From an uncultured Verrucomicrobiae bacterium (GTDB lineage: Bacteria; Verrucomicrobiota; Verrucomicrobiia; Limisphaerales; Palsa-1400), in contig CAVXRD010000001.1 in the NCBI GenBank assembly GCA_963764165.1, forward strand, positions 288,001-352,000: a DNA stretch of 64,000 nt, in the 5' to 3' direction. Positions 31,044 to 40,682 of the stretch are shown one piece after another. A model generated the notes under the pieces. The model was not told where the DNA came from and did no database searches. It saw only the letters and a program-made list of their open reading frames with translations. A program made the translations under genes and the position numbers. Positions within the stretch are counted from its first letter, which is position 1. Every line of letters begins with the position of its first letter.

Positions 31044-32945
31044 CTACTGCCTGGCTGGGGCGCGAAAGTCCTCCAGCGTGAGCGCCGGATAGTAAACTCC
31101 CTTGAACTCGCGGCGCCACCAATCCCCTGTCTTCTTGCGCGTCTCACGGTCCGTAAAATGATATTCGTAAACGATTGCCCGGACGTACTTGGGCGGCTTT
31201 TGCGGGAATGGATTTGTGGCAAGAAGATCCAGCACGGGCTTCGATCCCTCCAGCAGCCGTTTCTCAAATGGAAAGAACCAGGTTCTCGAACGCACGGGGT
31301 CAAGGACGGCGAACCACATCTGCCAATCGAGGCGCGGCTGGTAGGGGGCGACAAATTCCGGGCGGCGGCGCACATCGCCGGGATTGTATTTGAATTCGTA
31401 ATCCCGCCATTCCTTGCGGTCGTCGCTGCCTTGCATCACAATTTCCGGCCGGGTTTGCGTCATCACGGCGAAAAGCCCGTAACCATTAAAGCTCCTGAGC
31501 GGATGCACCCACGCGAATACCACGCCGACGGCCTCCGGCCATTGCTGCTGGACGCCGGCGGTGAGTAAAAGCGGAATCGTGGTTGCCGGAATAACACACG
31601 CCGTCAAAATCACTGTAACCGGCCATGGCCACCGGCGGCCTCGCGCCGCGACCGGAGGCGTCACCGCCACTTCCTTTTTCGCGCGGAGCCATTTCAACGC
31701 GTTGTCATCCAGCAGCGGAATGCATAGCACTATCGTGAGCCAGTTAAAGAACGTGTAATTGCCTGTCAACATAATGGCGACCTGGAAGAGCGCAAACACC
31801 ACCGCCGCCGTCAGCCGCAATCGGCGCCCGGAGAAAATGAAAACCGGCACAATCAATTCGATCACAAACATAAGCACGGTGCAAAACGTCTGGAGGCCAT
31901 TCGGCCATTGATGCGCGTACCAGGCAATCCAGGTGGGCAGCGGCTGGGTTTCGTAATGGACGCGCAATGCGCTCAAGTTCCACCACACCGCATCACCGCT
32001 CATGAGTTTGACGCAGCCGGACTCGAACATGAGGCGAAAGATCAGCCAGCGCAGAAGCCAGATGACGAGCGCCGAGGGCCTGGCTTGTCTTGACGGACGA
32101 TCAATCCATTGCAGCGGCGCAAAAAATATGGCCAGAAAACCCGTTTCCAGCAGAAGCGAATCCCACTGAAAGCCCAGGAACGGCCCGGACAGAACGCAGA
32201 ACGAAAGGTAAGTCAGCCACAGAAGAAACGACGTCAATAAAGGCGCAGCCCCGGCGAGAAGCGCGATTGAAAACACAATCCCCAGGCCGCACTGCCAATG
32301 AAGCGCGGAATCGCTGGCGCTCAACCAGCCAAAGGTCGGCATCAAATGAAAACGCTCGAGCCCTATATGATTTCGCACCGCGTCCACACTCGCGGAGTCC
32401 ATTAATTCATGGGCCGGCAAAATTCCATTGCTGCCGATCAACCCGTCGATCTGCCCCCAGAGCGAACCGAAGGCGACCAGATAAATCAGAGCCAGCCCGC
32501 GAAAAAACGCGAAGCGCGTCCAAATGTAGGACGGCGGCGCGATTCCTGGCCCGGAATAAATCCGATCCCAATGAGACAGCGTCGTCCGATGGTAGGCAAC
32601 TTCCTCGTAGAGCAGTTCAGCCAGATCGGCAAACGTATCGGATCTTCGATAAAGGCCGAGCAGCCAGCGGTGCCGATTCCCCTCCGCCAGCGATTGAAAC
32701 ACGGCCTGCGCCCCGCGAGTGACGGAACCATCCGGCAGCACGAGATGAACCGCTTCCTCGAAATCTTCCATCGGGATTTCCGGGAACCGCTGCGGAATGG
32801 ATTCATCCTGGAAGGGAAGAAAATCAACGGCATCGAGAGTAATCGCCTTCCACCGTTCAATCCAACGGCAGCAGAACCGGCAATCGCCGTCAAAAATCAT
32901 CAACGGCTTTGGCGGCGGCGACTGGACACGTATTTCCTGCGGCAC
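31044..32945 (-). CDS. DCC1/DUF393 thiol-disulfide oxidoreductase domain fused to lipase maturation factor (LMF1) family protein
   Basis: FDGDCRFC; FQWDSLLLETGFL, HYETQPLP, YGLFAVMT, PYQPRLDWQMWF. Confidence 0.9.
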   Translation of the reverse strand: MPQEIRVQSPPPKPLMIFDGDCRFCCRWIERWKAITLDAVDFLPFQDESIPQRFPEIPMEDFEEAVHLVLPDGSVTRGAQAVFQSLAEGNRHRWLLGLYRRSDTFADLAELLYEEVAYHRTTLSHWDRIYSGPGIAPPSYIWTRFAFFRGLALIYLVAFGSLWGQIDGLIGSNGILPAHELMDSASVDAVRNHIGLERFHLMPTFGWLSASDSALHWQCGLGIVFSIALLAGAAPLLTSFLLWLTYLSFCVLSGPFLGFQWDSLLLETGFLAIFFAPLQWIDRPSRQARPSALVIWLLRWLIFRLMFESGCVKLMSGDAVWWNLSALRVHYETQPLPTWIAWYAHQWPNGLQTFCTVLMFVIELIVPVFIFSGRRLRLTAAVVFALFQVAIMLTGNYTFFNWLTIVLCIPLLDDNALKWLRAKKEVAVTPPVAARGRRWPWPVTVILTACVIPATTIPLLLTAGVQQQWPEAVGVVFAWVHPLRSFNGYGLFAVMTQTRPEIVMQGSDDRKEWRDYEFKYNPGDVRRRPEFVAPYQPRLDWQMWFAVLDPVRSRTWFFPFEKRLLEGSKPVLDLLATNPFPQKPPKYVRAIVYEYHFTDRETRKKTGDWWRREFKGVYYPALTLEDFRAPARQ

Positions 32946-33157
32946 ATGGGAATGTTATCTTTCACCGCCGAAAGTCGAGGAAGATTTGTCCGTTTCTCAC
33001 GTAACGGGGTGCTTCCTTCGCAGTAAAACTTGTTGGCGGGGCAGAGACTTGCATTGCCGAGGCAGAAGCGTAGGCTAATGAGGTTCTGGCTTTTGCGGCC
33101 GGCGGCGCAGGAATTGCGGGAATCCGCCGAATTATTACGAGACCATCTTGCCAATCA

Positions 33158-33385
33158 TCACCTATAAACATCTTTCCGATGTCTCACGCGCTGAATTTCT
33201 ATCAGTTTAAGTTCAGTGACGACCTCATAAACAACGCGATAGTCGCCCAGACGAATGCGATACGCGTGGCGCGATCCAGCCAGTTTTTCGACGCCGACGG
33301 CCTCGATAGTCCGCTCGCCGACGCTGGCAGGCAATTTTCGGAGTTCCTTGAGCGTGAATTTCTTCCACTCAATGCGAAACGGCAT
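33158..33385 (-). CDS. RelE/ParE-family toxin, apparently with an internal deletion
   Basis: YRIRLGDYRVVYEV, HRKDVYR; lacks the usual L.xNP.P segment between EAV and GVEKL. Confidence 0.75.
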   Translation of the reverse strand: MPFRIEWKKFTLKELRKLPASVGERTIEAVGVEKLAGSRHAYRIRLGDYRVVYEVVTELKLIEIQRVRHRKDVYR

Positions 33386-33560
33386 GGCGTTTCAGCTTCT
33401 TTTTGAACTCGTCGTGAGGAATAGTTTTTTCACCGCGCCGTTTTGCGATGACTGCCAGATCGTCCATGTCCTCCAAAAGCTTTTCGTACTCGGCAATGTC
33501 CAAAACAACGGCGGTTTTATGTCCTTTGTCATTGGTCAAAAACTGCACTGGAGCGTTCAT
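33369..33560 (-). CDS. Antitoxin (RelB-like)
   Basis: KGHKTAVVLDIAEYEKLLEDMDDL; overlaps toxin start. Confidence 0.8.
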   Translation of the reverse strand: MNAPVQFLTNDKGHKTAVVLDIAEYEKLLEDMDDLAVIAKRRGEKTIPHDEFKKKLKRHAVSH

Positions 33561-33822
33561 GCGTAAAAATTAGCTTCCTGCCGAATAAATTTCAAATTCT
33601 TTCGGGGTGTGGTGATGACTTGTCCGATTGGGAGACCAGCAGAAAACGTTCGTTGGCCAAAGCGCCTTCGGAGCGTCGTTGGCCGAAAAAATTGCGGGTG
33701 ACAAATTGCAACTGCGGGTGAATACTGCCATCTAATCTAACGTCTTGTCAGGAGCAGCCATGAGTTCGCTTTGCAGTATTATAATCTTGAAAAAAGGCCG
33801 CCTTAAGCGCCGCGTGGAGAGC

Positions 33823-36800
33823 ATGTTCTCCGATTTGAGCGCCCGTTCCGTGCCTGTCATTGCAGCATGGCTGGCCGTTGCGAACATCGCCACTGCGGAC
33901 AACATTTCCTACAATAACCAAATCGGCCCGATTCTTTCCGAACATTGCTTCCATTGCCACGGCCCCGATTCAGCCGCGCGCAAGCCCAGCAAACACCCGC
34001 TGCGCCTCGACAAGCCTGAATTCGCCTACGAAGCGCGCGATGGCGGCAAACCGGTGCTCGTCAAAGGCGACCCGGCGGCATCCGAAATGATCCGGCGCAT
34101 TGAGGCGACGGACGACGACGCCATGCCGCCCGCCAGCGAGCACAATTCGTTGAAGCCGGACGAAGTGCGCTTGCTCAAAGAATGGATTTCTCAAGGCGGC
34201 AAATACGAAAAGCACTGGTCGCTCCTTCCGCCTGTCCGTCCTGCGGTTCCCAACGACGGCGGCAGTTGGGCGCGCGGGCCGATCGATCATTTTGTGGCGC
34301 GCAAATTGGCGCAAAACGGCCTCACGCCAAACAGCGACGAAGACAAGGCGCGGCTGTATCGCCGCTTGAGTTTCGACTTGACTGGGCTGCCGCCCAGCCC
34401 GTCGGAGGTGGAGGAATTTGTCCATTCCAAATCCGGCAAAGCTTACGAGAAGGCGGTCGACAAAATGCTGGCCAGCGATGCCTGCGCGGAGCAATTCACC
34501 CGCTGGTGGCTCGACGCCGTTCGCTACGCGGATACGCAAGGCATTCACCTCGATTTCGCCCGCAGCGTCTGGCCGTATCGCGATTGGGTGATTGACGCCT
34601 ACCGCACCAACATGCCGTTCGATCAATTCTCGATTCAACAAATCGCGGGCGACATGCTGCCGCACGCGAATGACGGCGAAAAAGTCGCCTCGTGCTACAA
34701 CCGGCTGATTGAATCCACCAGCGAGGGCGGCGCCATTCCGGACGAATACGCGGCCATCTACGCGAAGGACCGAGTTGAAACGACGGCGGCGGTGTGGCTC
34801 GGATTGACGGCGGGTTGCGCGACGTGCCACGACCATAAATTTGATCCGATTTCGACCAAGGATTTTTATTCGTTGACCGCTTTTTTCCGCAACACGACAA
34901 GTTCCATTCTTGACGGTCCCAACGGCAACAACGCGCCCACGCTTTTTGTGCCGGCCAAACAGGACGTCAAGCTCGCGAAGGAATTGGAGAAAATGATGGC
35001 CGACAATAAGAAAGCCATCGAGACGCGGAAGAAAACCGCGGAGCCCGATTACAAGAAATGGGTCGCCGAACAGCAGACCAAATCCGAAAAGCTGCTGGGC
35101 TTAAAACCGTTCATGGAACTGCCGCTGGCGTCGAGGGAGTTGCTGGTGGGGCAAATGGACGGCAGACACCTTGAGTGGGCGGGAACCACCAACCTGACGA
35201 ACGGGCCGTTCGGACTGGCGCCATTGGTGAAGGGCGGCGACATCGTCACCAATGCTGCCCCGGTTGTGCCGCGCTCCGGAGTCGCAAGCTATGGCGCTTA
35301 TATCATGGTGGATGGAAAACCAAACGGCGCGGTTTTTTCGCGCATGAACAATTCGGATGGTTATCGCGGCTGGGATTTTTGGCTGACCGAGGGCCGGCCA
35401 ACGATTCACATCATCGATCAGTTTCCCGATCACGCGCTCAAAATCACCGCCAACAACGAACTGAAACCGGGCCGCTGGCATCACGTCATGGCGGTTTTTG
35501 ACGGCAGCAAGAAAGGCGCGGACGCCCTCGCGCTGTACGTCGATGGCCTGAAGGCAAACGTCGAAGTCAACAACAACAATCTTGGATCCAATATCTTCGC
35601 CAATGTGCCGTTCCGGCTGGGCGGACGTTCCAGCAAGGACGGCGCGGCCGACGGAATTTCCGGTGGCAAAGTCTACTTGCAGAACGTGCGGTTTTATCAG
35701 GCGGCGCTAACCGGCAAAGACGTGGCGCGCCTGGCGCTTGAAGGATTGATTCGCCCCTCGGTGTTCGATACGAACTCCGATTTAACTGAGGCATATCTGG
35801 TTGGTTACAATCGCGAAAGCCAGCATCTCATCGCCGAAGGCGCTGCGCTCAAGGAGAAATACAAGCCGATTCGCGAGCGCGGCGGGATGACGCTCATCAC
35901 CGAAGAAAAGTCAGACACGAAACCGAGCGCCTATGTTCTCATCCGCGGCACTTACACATCCAAAGGCGACGAAGTTTTTCCCGCGACACCATCCTCGCTT
36001 CCGCCCATGCCAACGAATGCGCCGCGCAATCGCGTCGGCCTCGCCGAATGGATGATGTCGCGCGACAACCCGCTGACGGCGCGCGTCACGATGAATCGCC
36101 TCTGGGCGCAAATATTCGGAACGGGAATCGTCGAAACGACGGAGGATTTCGGCGTCATGGGCGCGCGGCCCAGCAACCAGGCTTTGCTGGATTGGCTCGC
36201 GGTTGAATTCATGGATTCTGGCTGGGATTTCCGGCACATGGTCAAGACCATTGTCATGAGTTCCACTTACCGTCAATCGGATGCCATTTCTCCTGAAAAG
36301 CTAGAGAAGGATCCACTGGACAAGTTGCTTTCCCGCGCGCCGCATCTGCGGTTGGAAGCCGAGGAAATTCGCGACCAGGCCCTGGCCGTCTCTGGATTGC
36401 TTGTCAATAAAATTGGCGGGCCGCCGGTCAAGCCGTATCAGCCGGAAGGCGTTTGGGAAGCTGTCGCCATGAAGGAGTCCGATACAAAAATTTACAAGCA
36501 GGATACCGGGCCTTCCCTTTATCGCCGCTCGCTCTACACGTATTGGAAACGCACCGCGCCGCCGCCCAATATGGAAATCATGAACGCGCCGACCCGGGAA
36601 TCGTTCTGCACGCGCCGCGAACGAACGGACACGCCGCTCCAGGCCTTGGTCACGCTGAATGACACGCAGTTCATCGAGGCCGCCCGCCATCTTGCGGCCC
36701 GCGCCATAGTTTCCAACAAGAGCTTCGACAAACGCCTCGATGCGATCACCGAACCGCTGATGGCGCGCGACCTGCGGTCCGACGAGCGCGCCGTCATGCG

Positions 36801-36972
36801 AAAGATGGAAGAGGATTTTCAGAAAAAATATCAGGGTGATGCGACCGACGCGAATTCGCTCTTGAAAGTTGGAGAATCCCCGGCGGACGCAAAAATCGCG
36901 CCCGCCGAACTCGCGGCCTGGACGCTCGTGGCGAGTGAAGTTCTCAATCTCGACGAAGCGCTGACCAAATAG
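33823..36972 (+). CDS. Planctomycete cytochrome c / PSCyt2 (DUF1549) / LamG-like / PSD1 (DUF1553) protein
   Basis: CFHCH and CATCHDH heme motifs, RRLSFDLTGLPP, NPLTARV, RRSLY, TPLQAL. Confidence 0.92.
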   Translation: MFSDLSARSVPVIAAWLAVANIATADNISYNNQIGPILSEHCFHCHGPDSAARKPSKHPLRLDKPEFAYEARDGGKPVLVKGDPAASEMIRRIEATDDDAMPPASEHNSLKPDEVRLLKEWISQGGKYEKHWSLLPPVRPAVPNDGGSWARGPIDHFVARKLAQNGLTPNSDEDKARLYRRLSFDLTGLPPSPSEVEEFVHSKSGKAYEKAVDKMLASDACAEQFTRWWLDAVRYADTQGIHLDFARSVWPYRDWVIDAYRTNMPFDQFSIQQIAGDMLPHANDGEKVASCYNRLIESTSEGGAIPDEYAAIYAKDRVETTAAVWLGLTAGCATCHDHKFDPISTKDFYSLTAFFRNTTSSILDGPNGNNAPTLFVPAKQDVKLAKELEKMMADNKKAIETRKKTAEPDYKKWVAEQQTKSEKLLGLKPFMELPLASRELLVGQMDGRHLEWAGTTNLTNGPFGLAPLVKGGDIVTNAAPVVPRSGVASYGAYIMVDGKPNGAVFSRMNNSDGYRGWDFWLTEGRPTIHIIDQFPDHALKITANNELKPGRWHHVMAVFDGSKKGADALALYVDGLKANVEVNNNNLGSNIFANVPFRLGGRSSKDGAADGISGGKVYLQNVRFYQAALTGKDVARLALEGLIRPSVFDTNSDLTEAYLVGYNRESQHLIAEGAALKEKYKPIRERGGMTLITEEKSDTKPSAYVLIRGTYTSKGDEVFPATPSSLPPMPTNAPRNRVGLAEWMMSRDNPLTARVTMNRLWAQIFGTGIVETTEDFGVMGARPSNQALLDWLAVEFMDSGWDFRHMVKTIVMSSTYRQSDAISPEKLEKDPLDKLLSRAPHLRLEAEEIRDQALAVSGLLVNKIGGPPVKPYQPEGVWEAVAMKESDTKIYKQDTGPSLYRRSLYTYWKRTAPPPNMEIMNAPTRESFCTRRERTDTPLQALVTLNDTQFIEAARHLAARAIVSNKSFDKRLDAITEPLMARDLRSDERAVMRKMEEDFQKKYQGDATDANSLLKVGESPADAKIAPAELAAWTLVASEVLNLDEALTK

Positions 36973-36988
36973 AACAGCAAGGATAGCC

Positions 36989-38473
36989 ATGAATTTTGAC
37001 CCGCAATGGATGCCGCTTGTGAACCATTACAACGCCGCGCTGACACGCCGCCAATTTTTCCGCCGCAGCGCCGCCGGACTCGGAGTAGCCGCGCTTTCTT
37101 CGCTGCTCGGCCCCAGGGCGTTTGCGCTGGAAAACAGCGACACGCCCGGACCCGATAGCTTGTGGCGGATTGCGCCAAAAGCGAAGCGCGCCATTTACAT
37201 TTCGCTCATCGGCGCGCCATCGCAACTGGATCTGTTCGATCACAAGCCCGATTTGCGGTCGCGTTTCAAGGAAGACTTGAAGGATTGGCTGAAGAAGGAA
37301 GGCGAGCGCCTCACCGGCATGACGTCCGGCCAGGACAAGTTTCCGCTCGCGCCGTCCATGTTCAAATTCAAGCAATACGGACCCAGCGGCGCGTGGATCA
37401 GCGAGCTGCTCCCTTGGCACGCAAAGATGGCGGACGATCTTTGCTTCATCCGCTCGATGCACACCGATGCCATTAATCACGAGCCGGCCAACCAATTGGT
37501 TTACACCGGTTCCATGATTAACGGCAAAGCCTCCATTGGCTCGTGGCTCGCCTATGGCCTTGGCTCGATGAATCAGGAATTGCCCACGTTTGTCGTGCTG
37601 CACGCCACGCACTCAAGCCCTTATTCCAACGTGCAGGCCATCACTGCGCGGCTGTGGGGTCCAGGATATCTCCCCGGCAAATACGCAGGCGTCGCGCTGC
37701 GGGCCAAGGGCGATCCAGTTCTCTACCTGAAGGACGCTCCCGGAATCTCGCGCGAAATGCGCCGCGAAATGGTCGAAGGCATCAATGCCCTGAACGAACG
37801 CTCTTACGCCGCCATCGGCGATCCGGAAATTCAAACGCGAACCCAGCAATTTGAGATGGCGTTCAAAATGCAGTCGAGCATTCCAGAGCTAACCGATTTG
37901 TCCAAGGAAACGGAAAAGACCTACGAACTTTACGGCGAGGACGCCAAAGTTCGCGGCACCTTCGCAAATTCGGCCTTGATGGCGCGTCGGCTGGCGGAGC
38001 GCGGCGTTCGTTTCGTGCAAATTTTCCATCGCGGCTGGGATCAGCACGGCAGCCTCCCGCGCGATCTTGCCTCGCAATGCAAAGACGTCGATCAAGGCTG
38101 CTATGGCTTGATCCAGGATCTCAAGCAACGCGGCATGCTGGAGGACACGCTGGTGATTTGGGGCGGCGAATTCGGCCGCACCGTCTATTGCCAGGGCAAA
38201 CTGGAGGAAACGGATTACGGGCGCGACCATCATCCTCGCTGCTTCACGATTTGGATGGCCGGCGGCGGCGTCAAGCCGGGCTTCGTCTACGGAAAAACGG
38301 ACGAAATGTCCTACAACATCGTCGAAAATCCCGTCCACGTTCACGAGCTGCACGCCACCATTCTCCACCAATTAGGAATCGACCACGACAAACTCGCCTT
38401 CAAATACCAGGGCCTGGCCCAGCGCTTGACGGGAGTGGAGCCGGTCAATTACGTCAAAGATATTTTGGCTTAA
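36989..38473 (+). CDS. DUF1501 protein with Tat signal
   Basis: [33 protein letters not shown]. Confidence 0.92.
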   Translation: MNFDPQWMPLVNHYNAALTRRQFFRRSAAGLGVAALSSLLGPRAFALENSDTPGPDSLWRIAPKAKRAIYISLIGAPSQLDLFDHKPDLRSRFKEDLKDWLKKEGERLTGMTSGQDKFPLAPSMFKFKQYGPSGAWISELLPWHAKMADDLCFIRSMHTDAINHEPANQLVYTGSMINGKASIGSWLAYGLGSMNQELPTFVVLHATHSSPYSNVQAITARLWGPGYLPGKYAGVALRAKGDPVLYLKDAPGISREMRREMVEGINALNERSYAAIGDPEIQTRTQQFEMAFKMQSSIPELTDLSKETEKTYELYGEDAKVRGTFANSALMARRLAERGVRFVQIFHRGWDQHGSLPRDLASQCKDVDQGCYGLIQDLKQRGMLEDTLVIWGGEFGRTVYCQGKLEETDYGRDHHPRCFTIWMAGGGVKPGFVYGKTDEMSYNIVENPVHVHELHATILHQLGIDHDKLAFKYQGLAQRLTGVEPVNYVKDILA

Positions 38474-38504
38474 ACATTTTTCCCGGGCGCAGCCCGCTGT
38501 CCAA

Positions 38505-38530
38505 GGTAGGGACGCCTCGCCGAGGCGTCC
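38505..38530 (+). repeat. REP, left member of the doublet whose right member carries the MITE and IS110
   Basis: GGTAGGGACGCCTCGCCGAGGCGTCC. Confidence 0.88.
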
Positions 38531-38661
38531 GGGGACGTGGCGTTCTACACATGCGACCTCACTTTATAAAAGCACGTATTGCGATCTCGTTGGCGCATAT
38601 TCGCAGAACGTTAGAGGAATTGCTGCGTCAACAAAATGCCACAACCTCGGACGCCTCGGCG

Positions 38662-38801
38662 GAGACTGTCTCAAAACTCAAAAACGGCTTTAAAAAGCAC
38701 CACAAAAACACCCTCGCCGAAAATAAAAATGCGCCATATCGCAAATGAGAGAATCATAGTATTGACACACTTTGAGGATTTTGTAGTTTTGAGACAATCT
38801 C
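38662..38801. mobile_element. 140-bp MITE, copy 2 (inverted relative to copy 1)
   Basis: TIRs GAGACTGTCTCAAAACT / AGTTTTGAGACAATCTC; 4-bp duplication GGCG (38658-38661, 38802-38805) in a REP loop. Confidence 0.92.
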
Positions 38802-38834
38802 GGCGAGGCGTCCCTTGTATCTTCTTCTTATTCT

Positions 38835-39050
38835 TCTTGGTAATCCGATGTCGGATCTCCAAGTTGATGCCGCCTCTGCGCCTGCAGGCGCAGAGGCGGC
38901 GGCGGGTTTGAGAACGTGCGTCCCTTGAAGTCGCTGTCTCGGCAGCGAGCTCCGTAAGGTAGCGTGTTCCATTCCCGCCCATTGTTCCAAACTCGAACCG
39001 TTGCCTGAGCGCGTCTAACAACGCGGCTCGAATTTTACAAGTATGAGTCA
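38835..39050 (+). ncRNA. IS110 bridge RNA (predicted; ends approximate)
   Basis: 5' hairpins; target loop with GCGTCCCT (38918-38925) and TAAGGTAG (38955-38962); donor loop with ACCGTTGC (38997-39004) and TACAAG (39036-39041). Confidence 0.85.
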
Positions 39051-39987
39051 GACCAATTCGCCTTCCATTCTCTTCGTCGGCCTCGACGTTGCCAAGTCCT
39101 CTTTGCAGCTTCACCTGGCCGCTCAATCCCATGCCCTCTCCAATGACGCCAAAGGCCATCAAAAATTGATCGGCCTCTTAAAGTCTCATCCAAGCGCCCA
39201 AGTGGTCTGCGAAGCCACCGGCGGCTACGAGCAGCCTGTGCTGGCCGCTCTCCATGAAGCCGCCATCCCTCTGAGCCTGGTCGAAGCCGGACGGGTCCGT
39301 CACTTCGCCAAAGCCAAAGGCAAGCGCGCCAAGTCCGATCCCATCGATGCTGCCGTGCTCTCCGCTTACGGAGCCGCCCTCCAGCCCGCTCCCACGCCCC
39401 AGGCCTCTCCCACCCAGCAGCAATTGACTCAACTGACAAGGCGCCGCCGCCAAGTGGTTGAACAGCTGGTCGTCGAACGCAATCACGCAGAACATTATGC
39501 CGACAGCTTTTCCCAAAAACAGTCCCGCCAGATCATCGCTCTGCTGGAAAAACAAATCGCCCAGTGCGAGCGGGAAATTGCCTCGCTCATGGACAAGGAC
39601 GCCGACTTGAAGAAAAAAGCCCAGCGCCTGCAGACCATCCCCGGCGTCGGCTCCGTCACCGCCGTTTGCGTCCTGGCTGAAATGCCCGAACTGGGCACTC
39701 TCGAGGATGGCTCCTGCGCCGCCTTGGCTGGCCTGGCCCCTTACAACAGCGATAGCGGCCAACAGTCCGACCAGCGCCACATCGGCGGCGGCCGGGCCGG
39801 CATCCGCCGAGCCCTCTACATGGCCGCCCTAAGCGCCGTTCGCTGCGACCGCATTCTCAAAGAGTTCTATTTGCGATTGCGGAATAACGGCAAAAAACCA
39901 AAGGTCGCCCTCACCGCCGCCATGCGAAAGCTTATCCTCCTTATGAACCGATTGCTGAAAAATCCCAATTTCCAGCTTGCCAGTTAA
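39043..39987 (+). CDS. IS110-family DEDD recombinase/transposase, 314 aa
   Basis: GLDVAK, CEATGGYE, KSDPIDA (DEDD), IPGVG, GLAP..SDSG serine motif, ALYMAAL, AAMRKL. Confidence 0.96.
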   Translation: MSQTNSPSILFVGLDVAKSSLQLHLAAQSHALSNDAKGHQKLIGLLKSHPSAQVVCEATGGYEQPVLAALHEAAIPLSLVEAGRVRHFAKAKGKRAKSDPIDAAVLSAYGAALQPAPTPQASPTQQQLTQLTRRRRQVVEQLVVERNHAEHYADSFSQKQSRQIIALLEKQIAQCEREIASLMDKDADLKKKAQRLQTIPGVGSVTAVCVLAEMPELGTLEDGSCAALAGLAPYNSDSGQQSDQRHIGGGRAGIRRALYMAALSAVRCDRILKEFYLRLRNNGKKPKVALTAAMRKLILLMNRLLKNPNFQLAS

Positions 39988-40127
39988 CACCGTTGCTACC
40001 TTAGAGTGGCGCCTTTGGCGCGAGATTATTCGTAATTGTATCGCAACGGATATTTTGGCGTGAGCCATTTCAACGCCAAGTTGCAAGCCAAGTGACAAAC
40101 GGCGCTTAATCGTATAAGCTTTTTCGT

Positions 40128-40352
40128 GTGAGTACCGTCACAGAAATTATCGAAGCGGTGCAGAAATTGCCGGAAGGTGAAAAAGCGGAATTTCTCGACC
40201 GCCTGCGCGAAATTGATTTCGAGGACGCTTGGGATCGGCGCATTGAAGCTGACGCCAAGGCCGGACGGCTGGATGCGATTTGGCAGGAGGCTCTCAAGGA
40301 CATAAAAACCGGGCACACAAAACCGCTCGATGAAGTCATTAACGACTCCTAG
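40128..40352 (+). CDS. Antitoxin-like small protein
   Basis: STVTEIIEAVQKLP, WDRRIEADAKAGRLD; overlaps toxin pseudogene. Confidence 0.75.
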   Translation: MSTVTEIIEAVQKLPEGEKAEFLDRLREIDFEDAWDRRIEADAKAGRLDAIWQEALKDIKTGHTKPLDEVINDS

Positions 40353-40586
40353 CTTCTGGAAGGCGTATCAGGCGCTCTCGACGGATGTTAAGGCTCAAGC
40401 ATGAAAGGCTTACCGACTCTGGCGCACCAATCCGCGCCATCCCTCGCTTCGATTTGAACCAAAAGGGAAATATTGGAGCGTCCGTATCACGCGAGGCTGG
40501 CGTGCGCTCGCAAGTGAGCGTGAAGGAGTGTTATATTGGTTTTGGATCGGCCCACGGATGAATATGAGCGACTACTGAAATCGTGA
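40330..40586 (+). pseudogene. ParE/RelE-like toxin pseudogene
   Basis: MKSLTTPSFWKAY...QA*KAYRLWRTNPRHPSLRF...WSVRITRGWRAL...WFWIG; in-frame TGA at 40402 plus frameshift near 40552. Confidence 0.8.
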
Positions 40587-40682
40587 TACATATAGAACGT
40601 TTCACACGGTTGACAATTATATGCCTTCTTTCAGTTGCGGGGCGGCGTATCACGCAGCACGGCGTTGAAATGATCCGGCTCG

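Larger units (their letters stand above)
38814..39997 (+). mobile_element. Complete IS110-family element bounded by CT cores, inserted in a REP
   Basis: CT at 38814-38815 and 39996-39997; removing the element restores GAGGCGTCC-CT-ACC, the REP foot. Confidence 0.92.

Noticed and set aside
38636..38911. Similar small ORFs at 38636-38911 and 26527-26808 as a gene family
   Set aside because: The similarity is confined to the MITE sequence
40402..40404. In-frame TGA as selenocysteine or programmed readthrough
   Set aside because: The position fits a CGA-to-TGA change, a second lesion follows, and all other genes use TGA as stop
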